A stretch of DNA of 40,368 nt, taken from Candidatus Gottesmanbacteria bacterium RIFCSPHIGHO2_02_FULL_40_13 (GTDB taxonomy: Bacteria > Patescibacteriota > Microgenomatia > 2-02-FULL-39-11). The stretch lies in NCBI GenBank assembly GCA_001779235.1, contig MFJN01000009.1:1-40368 (forward strand). Direction: 5' to 3'. Position numbers and translations under genes: made by a program. This document shows positions 28,957-36,793 of the stretch, piece by piece (the stretch's first letter is position 1; every line of letters starts with the position of its first letter). The notes under the pieces were generated by a model. The model was not told the DNA's origin and searched no databases. It worked only from the letters and a program-made list of their open reading frames with translations.

Positions 28957-29712
28957 ATGCCCCTGAATTTTTCCGGATCGATTTTATTGTTATCCAGTTT
29001 CCTGCTGGGGTTGCGTCACGGTATAGATTGGGATCACATCGCGGCAATCTCTGATATTTCAGGTTCCTGCGACAGCAGGAGGCAGGGAATTATTTTTGGA
29101 TCAGTTTACGCTTTGGGACATGCGGCCGTGATCATAATTATAGGTTTGCTGTCTGTTATGATCGGTATAAATCTGCCAAGCTGGGTAGATAGAATAATGG
29201 AGCCAATTGTAGGTTTAACCTTAATATTACTTAGTATTTGGCTTTTTGTAAGCATTTACCTGCATGGCAGGAATTTTAAAATAAAAAGCCGATGGATGAT
29301 TCTCTTTACATTTCTCCGGAAAATTTATATCTATTTCCATAATAAAATCAACCATCATCATAAAAAAGAAATGGTATTTTATGATTATCCCTATGGTTTA
29401 GGAATGGCCTTTTTGATCGGAATTATTCACGGTATTGGAGCGGAAACCCCCTCACAGGTATTACTTTTTATTACAGCAGCAGGAATTGGCGGAGAGTTAA
29501 TCGGAGCTGTTTTTGTAACTGTATTTGTTTTTGGGTTATTAATCTCCAATTCCGTTATCACACTTGTTATCAGTTATGGTTATTTAAATAAAAATAATAA
29601 TTCCAACTTCAGACTAGTCCTGGGTACTTTAACTGCTGTTTTTAGTTTTTTTATCGGGATTTTATTTCTCTTCGGTAAGGTTTTTTATTTACCTGTTTTG
29701 TTGGGAGGATAA
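28957..29712 (+). CDS. High-affinity nickel/cobalt transporter family (NiCoT/HoxN-like)
   Basis: LGLRHGIDWDHIAAI signature, GH, a His-rich loop and GIIHGIGAET. Confidence 0.85.
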   Translation: MPLNFSGSILLLSSFLLGLRHGIDWDHIAAISDISGSCDSRRQGIIFGSVYALGHAAVIIIIGLLSVMIGINLPSWVDRIMEPIVGLTLILLSIWLFVSIYLHGRNFKIKSRWMILFTFLRKIYIYFHNKINHHHKKEMVFYDYPYGLGMAFLIGIIHGIGAETPSQVLLFITAAGIGGELIGAVFVTVFVFGLLISNSVITLVISYGYLNKNNNSNFRLVLGTLTAVFSFFIGILFLFGKVFYLPVLLGG

Positions 29713-30456
29713 ACTGGTGACACTGCTCAGTAAATTTACCAGAAGTAGAGTAGAAAGAAACAAATCAGGGCCAAATATTCTAAGAGTCATAAAAATTATA
29801 TAGACCGCGAGCATCATTAGTGGAGAACCGTATTTCCAGAAGCGGAATATTTTTGTTGTCATGGGTTCGGTCAACATTACGAAGGCGAAAAAAAGGAGTG
29901 ATCCGTCAGACATCAGAAGAAACGCAGGTTGAAGGCCGGTTGTAAGAATCAGATAAATAAATATCCCTCCCAAAAAAATTAGTGGTATATGAAGTCTTCG
30001 CAGCCGATTTAAAACAGGTAAGAGGAAGATAAGGGGCAAGGCATAAATATTTACGGTAATTACTGACCACCAGGAGATTGATGATTGGAATAAAACAGAG
30101 GAAACAAACAAACCGAACGCCGCAGGATTGAAGATATGATTCCCTTTTATCCTGATAAAATGTTTGGAGAAAAACGCCGCAAAAACTGCAGAATACAGGT
30201 GAAATAGACCTTGGGTATCATCGAGAATAAGGCTAATTATTAATCCTGAAAGAAATGCCGAAAAAGGCAGATAAACTCTTTTTGTTCTGATAAACGTATA
30301 AATTACATCCAAGACTGAAAAAAGAAACGCACCGAGTAACGGATAAAGAATCATGTTGAAATTCGGTCTGAAAAATAGATTCAGAAACCAAATCAAAAGA
30401 AGCACGAGGCTCACCTGAAACCTGACATCCCTGAAAATTATTTTTCCTGAAATCAT
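29689..30456 (-). CDS. RnfD/NqrB-family integral membrane protein, short and stand-alone
   Basis: SK...HIFNPAAFG and FFAFVMLTEPMT family motifs. Highly hydrophobic. Confidence 0.75.
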   Translation of the reverse strand: MISGKIIFRDVRFQVSLVLLLIWFLNLFFRPNFNMILYPLLGAFLFSVLDVIYTFIRTKRVYLPFSAFLSGLIISLILDDTQGLFHLYSAVFAAFFSKHFIRIKGNHIFNPAAFGLFVSSVLFQSSISWWSVITVNIYALPLIFLLPVLNRLRRLHIPLIFLGGIFIYLILTTGLQPAFLLMSDGSLLFFAFVMLTEPMTTKIFRFWKYGSPLMMLAVYIIFMTLRIFGPDLFLSTLLLVNLLSSVTSLSSQQNR

Positions 30457-30490
30457 GTTATTATTTTAACAGAATGAGTGAAAATACTAT

Positions 30491-30808
30491 ATGAAAATAA
30501 TCAGATTAAAAGCAGTTAAAGCTGATAATTTTTGGGATAAGTGTGTCGGTTTAATTGGAAAAGACGAAAATACTTGCCTTTATCTGGAAACCAGATTCGG
30601 TTTGCATACATTCGGTATGCGCCATATAATAGATATTTTAATTTTGGATAAAAAAGACATTGTCAGTAAAATAAAAATAAGCCTGTCCCCAAACAGATTT
30701 TTTTTCTGGAAACCGGTTTATTATAAAGTACTAGAGTTGCCTTCAGGTTTAGTCAGTAAGAAAAGTATTCAGTTCGGAGATAGAATTAATCTAAAGTTTC
30801 TTCATTAA
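30491..30808 (+). CDS. DUF192-family protein
   Basis: ADNFW...GLIG, HTFGM...IDIL, VLELP. Confidence 0.85.
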   Translation: MKIIRLKAVKADNFWDKCVGLIGKDENTCLYLETRFGLHTFGMRHIIDILILDKKDIVSKIKISLSPNRFFFWKPVYYKVLELPSGLVSKKSIQFGDRINLKFLH

Positions 30809-30853
30809 TAATTTAATTAAGTAAAAGTTAGATTAATTGATATAATATAATTT

Positions 30854-31822
30854 ATGTATATCCTACAAATACTGCAGTTTATAGGTATTATCTTTTTTTC
30901 CTTTGTACTTATAAAAGCAACTGATATTATTGTTGTTCACCTTAGGTCAATTGCTCGCAAAACAAATCTGGGAAGTTTTTATCTCACGGCAATAATTATC
31001 GGAATGGCTACCTCGCTCCCGGAATTATTTGTAGGAATTACATCTGCATTGGAAAATCAGCCAAATCTATCTTTAGGTAATGTGATCGGGTCAAATATTG
31101 CTGATATATCGCTGATCGTCGGTTTGGCTGCAGTTATAAGCGGATCATTAAAAATAAAAAACCATGACATCGAAGTAAAAGATCTATTGCATGCGTTCAT
31201 AGCCGGAATAATACCTTTTCTTCTTCTGCTGGATAAAACCCTGTCCAGAGTCGACGGTCTAATACTCCTCTCAATGTACGGATTTTATAATTATCTGATA
31301 TTAAACAAACGACACAGATATTTCGATGATGAAAACGGGTTTATCATCGGGTTTCTTAGAAGAATTCATCACAATCACGTCGCCAAAGATTTTATGTATA
31401 CCTTTCTGGGAATTGCGGTTATTCTGTTTAGCTCAGATATGATTGTCAGACTCGGTGCTTCATTCGCAGGGAATATGGGCATACCTATAATTTTAGTGGG
31501 ATTATTTATAGTTGCGGTCGGAACTTCTCTTCCTGAACTGGCCTTCGGAATTGAGGCGATAAAGAAAAAAGAATCGGAAATGTTTTTAGGGAATTTACTC
31601 GGTTCACTTGTGGCAAACGGAACGTTTATAATCGGTATAACTGCACTGTTAAACCCTATTACCGTTCAGGCCATATCTGAATATTACATAGCGATATTTA
31701 CTTTTATAGTTACTTTTGTAATGTTTTTTATATTCATACGTACCAAACACAGTCTTGAAAGATGGGAAGGAATTCTGCTCATCGCAGCCTATCTGATGTT
31801 TTTAATGATTGAATTTTTTTAA
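30854..31822 (+). CDS. Sodium:calcium antiporter (CaCA/YrbG)
   Basis: Two alpha repeats: ATSLPE...GNVIGSN and GTSLPE...GNLLGS. Confidence 0.92.
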   Translation: MYILQILQFIGIIFFSFVLIKATDIIVVHLRSIARKTNLGSFYLTAIIIGMATSLPELFVGITSALENQPNLSLGNVIGSNIADISLIVGLAAVISGSLKIKNHDIEVKDLLHAFIAGIIPFLLLLDKTLSRVDGLILLSMYGFYNYLILNKRHRYFDDENGFIIGFLRRIHHNHVAKDFMYTFLGIAVILFSSDMIVRLGASFAGNMGIPIILVGLFIVAVGTSLPELAFGIEAIKKKESEMFLGNLLGSLVANGTFIIGITALLNPITVQAISEYYIAIFTFIVTFVMFFIFIRTKHSLERWEGILLIAAYLMFLMIEFF

Positions 31823-32026
31823 ACGAAAAATTTAATAGACACTTTCAGTAATCCAAATTAAATTACCCCACCCGTATTGTATATAGAGAGTTTTTTTAAG
31901 ATAAAAAAACTTTTCCTTATAATTAATTAAATTAACTCTAGATTTTAGAAGTGTTATATTTTGATTACGAGCGAAGATAATCAGTCAGATCTTAAATCAC
32001 CTTAAACGACCGTACCGGTTCTTCTC

Positions 32027-32054
32027 TGTTATCATGTTCTAGAACATGATAACA
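32027..32054. repeat. Perfect 28-bp palindrome directly after the TrpR-like gene stop
   Basis: TGTTATCATGTTCT|AGAACATGATAACA, 2 nt beyond the stop codon. Confidence 0.9.
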
Positions 32055-32056
32055 TT

Positions 32057-32500
32057 TTAGAATGCCTTTTGGTTACGCTTTTTTTCCTCCCACCGATCCT
32101 TGCGCCACTTTCTCCAATCACGTCCTTTAGGAGGAAAGACATCGTTGATAAAATCATCAATCTTCTGAACGAACTCATTAAGTTTTTCATTCCTCATGAT
32201 GTTTCCCGCAACCATCCGATAACCTCCTTTTCCGCTTCTCATGCTTCTACTAACTTTACTCACAGTTTCCAAACCTACTTTTAGAGTTTTAGAAATAGTC
32301 CTTTGGTCATATTTTTTTGCCAGAAGAAAAGCTATAGATATTCTTTTTGCCAACATGGTTTTTTCAGTCGGTGATAATAAATCTTCTAACAAACTCGTAA
32401 CTTCACCTCTAGACCGTACCATTCCGATACTTTCAAGAAAAACTTCATATATTCTTTCTTCAATTTCTTTTCGTAATGGAAATTTGGAGATCTGCGTCAT
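32057..32500 (-). CDS. TrpR/YerC-YecD-like helix-turn-helix protein
   Basis: LEDLLSPTEKTMLAKRISIAFLL...YDQRTISKTLKVGLETVSKVSRSM..GKGGY matches the TrpR-family pattern. Confidence 0.85.
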   Translation of the reverse strand: MTQISKFPLRKEIEERIYEVFLESIGMVRSRGEVTSLLEDLLSPTEKTMLAKRISIAFLLAKKYDQRTISKTLKVGLETVSKVSRSMRSGKGGYRMVAGNIMRNEKLNEFVQKIDDFINDVFPPKGRDWRKWRKDRWEEKKRNQKAF

Positions 32501-32504
32501 ACTT

Positions 32505-32534
32505 ATGTTTCGATGTTCTAGAACATGATAACAT
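32505..32534. promoter_or_regulatory. Second copy of the palindrome, overlapping the predicted -10/TSS (probable operator)
   Basis: ATGTTTCGATGTTCT|AGAACATGATAACAT. 32513-32534 is identical (22 nt) to 32034-32055. A minus-strand TTGTTT-17-TATCAT promoter overlaps it. Confidence 0.75.
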
Positions 32535-32606
32535 GAATATTATTTACAAACAATAATCCGCATAGAATCATCAGAAATGTTACCGTTAAGGATTTGGCAA
32601 AGAAAC

Positions 32607-32700
32607 TGTTATTATGAGAACCCCGACTTTATGTCGGTAGAGACTGTAATATCGATTAAATCGGGATTCCCGCGCTCACTTTCGTTTGTTCGGAATGACA
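32607..32700. repeat. Degenerate intergenic copy of the TGTCATT...AATGACA palindromic family
   Basis: TGTTATTATGAG...CCGACTTTATGTCGG...CTCACTTTCGTTTGTTCGGAATGACA. The right arm resembles the copA insert. Confidence 0.6.
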
Positions 32701-32786
32701 GAAGGTGATAAACTCGTGATCTAATAACTATAGAGGAATAGATGATTGCGTTTAAAGATTGCACCAATAGCCTACAGAGTTTCTGA

Positions 32787-33659
32787 CTAGAGATCACTTA
32801 AAAAATCCAGGACACGTTTACTGAATTCATCCGGTTTTTCCTTGTGTATATCATGAGAAGTATTTGCCAACCAGATAATCTTTGGTTCATTAGCCAGTGA
32901 ATATAAATACTCTGCGTCTTTATAATCGACATCTTGATCATTTTTAGCGGCAAAAATCAGAACATGTGTTTTTATTTTAGAAATTAATTTTTCCGGATCG
33001 AAATCAGAATAGTGACTGCCAAGCTCGATCGCAGCGGCTATTTTGATTATTGGCAAAAACAACGGAACATATAAATGTTCTCTTGCGATCTGGAAAGAGA
33101 AAAGCTTGTTAAACGAGGCATAGGGGACTGAGGCAATGACAAAATCTCCCCGTTGAGTTTTTCCGGCGGTAATAATGGCAGTTGCCGCACCCATAGATAT
33201 TCCGAAATATCCTATTTTTTTATCTTTATTTTCCGGAAGTGTTTTCAAAAAATTATATGACGCTTCTACATCTTTCCATTCTCTGGTACCAAGATGCACT
33301 CTGGACCCCGTACTTTCACCGGTAGATCTTAAGTCCATTAGTAAAACAGAATATCCGTTTTTGGTTAAATAATTGGCATGAGGTAGCATGAGAGCTTTAC
33401 CGCCATTTTTATCGGTTAATCCGTGAATTAGTATAATTACCGCCTTGGAATTAATAACAGGTGTATACCATGCTGAAATAATTTCTCCGTCTGAAGTTTT
33501 GAAACTAACGCTTTTTTTATCAAGAGGATAATTATCTATTAATTTCTGATTTAAATTGGCGTGGATATAAATTGATTGTCTGAATTTCCACCAGGTATAC
33601 AAAAAGCAAAGCAATAATAAAATAATGAGTAATAAGAATAGAAAAAAAAGATACTTCAT
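32787..33659 (-). CDS. Membrane-anchored alpha/beta hydrolase
   Basis: IHG, GISMG nucleophile elbow, C-terminal D and H, N-terminal TM. Confidence 0.9.
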   Translation of the reverse strand: MKYLFFLFLLLIILLLLCFLYTWWKFRQSIYIHANLNQKLIDNYPLDKKSVSFKTSDGEIISAWYTPVINSKAVIILIHGLTDKNGGKALMLPHANYLTKNGYSVLLMDLRSTGESTGSRVHLGTREWKDVEASYNFLKTLPENKDKKIGYFGISMGAATAIITAGKTQRGDFVIASVPYASFNKLFSFQIAREHLYVPLFLPIIKIAAAIELGSHYSDFDPEKLISKIKTHVLIFAAKNDQDVDYKDAEYLYSLANEPKIIWLANTSHDIHKEKPDEFSKRVLDFLSDL

Positions 33660-33774
33660 TTTTAAGAACGATAATGAATAGTTTTATTGGGATAAACTCT
33701 TTTTATGTCAAACTGTTGCCAAACGCTAAGATATTTGGTACATGTGAAAATTATAACAAATAATAAGCTTGAAC

Positions 33775-33807
33775 AAAAAAATGCTCCCGGATGAGGGGAG
33801 CACTTTT
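33775..33807 (-). terminator. Intrinsic terminator of the copper cluster
   Basis: TGCTCCC/GGGAGCA stem next to A7 on the plus strand (U-tract on the minus strand). Confidence 0.75.
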
Positions 33808-33825
33808 AAAATTATTAGAGTTAAA

Positions 33826-34347
33826 TTATTCTACAATTAATGTGCCGACCATGCCCATTTGGCGGTGTTGTCCGATGGCACAGTAGTACTCGTATGATCC
33901 TTTTTTACCGGCTGTAAACTCTATTGAGGTAGTTTCACCGGTTTTGACGTCAGAGCTTTTTACTTTAAATTCATCCAGATATAAGTTATGGACTTTATCC
34001 ACAGATTTGAGTAAGATTTTGATCCGATCACCTTCTTTTACAGTAATCTTATCCGGCTTGAAATAAAAAGATCCGCCTTCCATCTCTATCGTTTTGATAT
34101 TTTCAGCTACTTTTGACGCTGTTTTATCGGTAGTGAGAGTATCTGTACCATTTTGAGTTGAAGGCTCAGTTATTTCTTCATTTGCAGTTCTTTCAATTAC
34201 AGCAGGTTCACCTGTCTTTTTATTTGCGCTCATGAAATAATAACCGCCTCCGATAACCACCAAAACTATCACTGCTCCCCAAATCATAGGATTAAAGCTT
34301 TTACTTTCTGGACTTACTTGTGTATCTGCCTTTTGTGTATCTGCCAT
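33826..34347 (-). CDS. Membrane-anchored cupredoxin (type 1 copper site)
   Basis: FKPDKITVKEGD, HNL, YYCAIGQHRQMGM. ATG at 34347 after AAGGAGG. Confidence 0.88.
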   Translation of the reverse strand: MADTQKADTQVSPESKSFNPMIWGAVIVLVVIGGGYYFMSANKKTGEPAVIERTANEEITEPSTQNGTDTLTTDKTASKVAENIKTIEMEGGSFYFKPDKITVKEGDRIKILLKSVDKVHNLYLDEFKVKSSDVKTGETTSIEFTAGKKGSYEYYCAIGQHRQMGMVGTLIVE

Positions 34348-34375
34348 TTTTAAATCCTCCTTAAATTTTATTAAT

Positions 34376-35338
34376 TTATACTCCGCACCCTCCGCCTCCT
34401 TCAACTTTTGGAAGAAGCCCCTCCGACTGCAACTCTTTATTAATCGTTCGATATCCCTGTCCGCTGGAATAGTCAATTCCTAGCACAAGTTTCGGATCTA
34501 CCTTATCCCAGGAAATATTTTTCTTTTGTTTGAAATATGTTCCCAGCTCTGCATACGTTTGAGGAAACCAGTAGGTATTAAGCGCCAAGGCTTTTTTATA
34601 AATTTCTTCTTTAGACATTCCTTGTTTTACAGCGATTTCGATAAAGCCCAGCATGGCCGCTCCGTGATTGCAGTCCGGGAAATAGGTACTATTGCCGCAG
34701 CAGGGCCGATAGATATTCTGGGCAATCTCCGTCACGATTTTTTCCTCGTCGGCAGTTAAGGGCAAAATTGGATATTTATTGAAAAGATTTCCTCCAGTTT
34801 CCCGTCCCAGAGTCCATCCGCCGGTTGAGGCAAAATTACCGACCTCATTTTTATACTGTGTGCCCATCGGTCCCTCGCTTAGGACGTTAGTTTTATTAGC
34901 AATACCGAGCGGCCAAAGAAGATTTAAAATAAGATTGGCATTTTGCTGATTTACAATGATCGGCTCATCAGACGCACTATCAAATAACCCCTTTTCAACC
35001 TCCGTAAGTCCTCCCCGTCCCTCATACAGTTTGAAAAATTTATCTTTATCTATCGCCCCATATTGAACCATTTTTACTAGAACATCTCCGTACGACACCT
35101 TTAGATTTACATTATCCGGAAATACTGATTTGGTGATTTCTTCCTGAAGTTTAGCAGGATCAGGAGTAGGTGTTGGTTGTTTTTTCAAAAAAGGTAGTGT
35201 GTAAGATATGGTTTGTGATTTAACAATAAAAAGAGGGACGAGTTTCAGAATCAGTATTGCCAGAAGTAATCCGGTAGCCAGACCCAAAAAATAACTTTTC
35301 CTGGATTTGATGCTATTAATAGCCTTTTTTGTTTTCAT
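34376..35338 (-). CDS. Membrane-anchored hypothetical protein with PCC-x7-DCNH motif and C-terminal GGCG
   Basis: N-terminal TM, YRPCCGNSTYFPDCNHG, ends GGGGCGV. Confidence 0.75.
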   Translation of the reverse strand: MKTKKAINSIKSRKSYFLGLATGLLLAILILKLVPLFIVKSQTISYTLPFLKKQPTPTPDPAKLQEEITKSVFPDNVNLKVSYGDVLVKMVQYGAIDKDKFFKLYEGRGGLTEVEKGLFDSASDEPIIVNQQNANLILNLLWPLGIANKTNVLSEGPMGTQYKNEVGNFASTGGWTLGRETGGNLFNKYPILPLTADEEKIVTEIAQNIYRPCCGNSTYFPDCNHGAAMLGFIEIAVKQGMSKEEIYKKALALNTYWFPQTYAELGTYFKQKKNISWDKVDPKLVLGIDYSSGQGYRTINKELQSEGLLPKVEGGGGCGV

Positions 35339-36144
35339 TTTTTCGCTTCCTTTAACATAATTTTAAATAATATAATAATTCCCGCAAGTACCAAAATATC
35401 TAAAATTGGATTTTGCAGTTTTCCTGATACGTTAAAAATAAAATTCCTGAGCTCTCTGCCGTATTCCATATTTGCATCCATCTTGATTTTATCTGTTAAA
35501 GCCATATAAGCAATAATGACCGAAGATATCATAAAAGTTGCTGCTGCCAGTAATTTGAGCGGTTTTTCCACACGTTTTCTGACGTTGTAAAGATACTGAT
35601 TGGTAATTTTTTCATAAAACAAAGAAAGAAAGAACAGTGGAAATACTATACCAAGAACATATACCAGAGAAACGATAAGTGAGGTAAAGATTGTAGGAGA
35701 AAGCGATGAAAGTGTAATCGCGCCAAAAAGTACCGGAGCGCAGCATGAAGAGGTAATGCCTGAAAAAAGCCCCAGAAGATAGGTTGAACCAACAGTCGTT
35801 TTTGCAGGCATGGTGAAATGGGGGAGCGGCAGCATCAATTTAGCGTCAAAAAGAGTCATTAGCCCGAGTAAAAACATAAGCAGGGCTCCCAAAAGATAAG
35901 TTGTAGTATGAAACTGGTTAAAGAAAGAAACTATTATATTCATTCCAAGTGCAACGGGCACAAGAATTGATCCTAAACCAAGAGCGAAAACAAGCGTCAG
36001 AAAGACAATCCTCCTTCTTTCTTTAAAGATTGTCCCAAGGTATGAAGGAAAAAGAAAAGTGATGCAACAGGGAGCAAAAAGTGCAACCATTCCACCTAAA
36101 AAAGAGGCGGTTAGGGAAACACCAAAAAAAATATTAAAATTCAA
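35335..36144 (-). CDS. CcdA/DsbD-family thiol-redox membrane protein
   Basis: FAPCC and SSCCAPVL cysteine motifs in a multi-TM protein. Confidence 0.85.
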   Translation of the reverse strand: MNFNIFFGVSLTASFLGGMVALFAPCCITFLFPSYLGTIFKERRRIVFLTLVFALGLGSILVPVALGMNIIVSFFNQFHTTTYLLGALLMFLLGLMTLFDAKLMLPLPHFTMPAKTTVGSTYLLGLFSGITSSCCAPVLFGAITLSSLSPTIFTSLIVSLVYVLGIVFPLFFLSLFYEKITNQYLYNVRKRVEKPLKLLAAATFMISSVIIAYMALTDKIKMDANMEYGRELRNFIFNVSGKLQNPILDILVLAGIIILFKIMLKEAKK

Positions 36145-36145
36145 T

Positions 36146-36682
36146 TTATTCTACCTCCGCTTTCACGGTAAATGTCAACTTGGGATTTTCAGGATCGTTT
36201 GTTTGCATAAAAACATCCCTTGTGACCACACCCTTTACAGGCATGATAAATGGCCTGTAGATAACATTGAGAGTAGCTTTTTTCCCCGGATCAACCGTTC
36301 CTGTCCAACTGTTCTTGGAATGCATACCGAATTCCGCACTTTTATTCCCGTCAATAGTTATCTGTCCGAAAGTACAGTCGCAGGATGAGCTTACTTTAAA
36401 AAGAGAAAGTGGTTTGGTTCCTTTGTTTTCAATTGAAAACTCTGCTGATTTCTCATCTTTTACTTTCATATTACCTAAATCGGAAAAAGCGGATGAGATT
36501 GCAACTACAGGTTTTTCTTTGTCATTTACAGAGAAACTATTTATATTCGCTGCTGTCTGACTCTGCTTTCCTTCATTAATGGAAAAAAGGACAATTAAGA
36601 CAAGGATTACTAGCGTAAATCCACCAATTATTATAAAAATCAACTTATCGGTACCCATATTACTGACCCGGGAAAGTTTCAT
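36146..36682 (-). CDS. DUF1573-like Ig-fold membrane-anchored protein
   Basis: F.IENKGTKPL...SSSCDCT, FGMHS, TNDPENP. Confidence 0.8.
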   Translation of the reverse strand: MKLSRVSNMGTDKLIFIIIGGFTLVILVLIVLFSINEGKQSQTAANINSFSVNDKEKPVVAISSAFSDLGNMKVKDEKSAEFSIENKGTKPLSLFKVSSSCDCTFGQITIDGNKSAEFGMHSKNSWTGTVDPGKKATLNVIYRPFIMPVKGVVTRDVFMQTNDPENPKLTFTVKAEVE

Positions 36683-36793
36683 ATATTCTCTCCTCCTTGA
36701 AAGGATTATACCAAGCGGATTATTAAGATATTATGAAGACCTTGAGCTATCTCCAGCACTAGTCCCGACGTGACCTCGGGGCGGTACGAGATT

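Noticed and set aside
32027..32534. CRISPR array or terminator interpretation of the 28-bp palindromes
   Set aside because: There are only two copies, separated by a whole gene, with no cas genes, no loop and no GC stem.
32612..32797. 61-aa minus-strand ORF
   Set aside because: It is largely a translation of the degenerate palindromic repeat, with no other coding evidence.
34318..34344. 12-bp duplication encoding ADTQ-K-ADTQ
   Set aside because: A trivial local slippage in a disordered N-terminus.
34348..34476. N-terminal extension of the cupredoxin
   Set aside because: It overlaps the upstream gene, and a strong RBS precedes ATG 34347.
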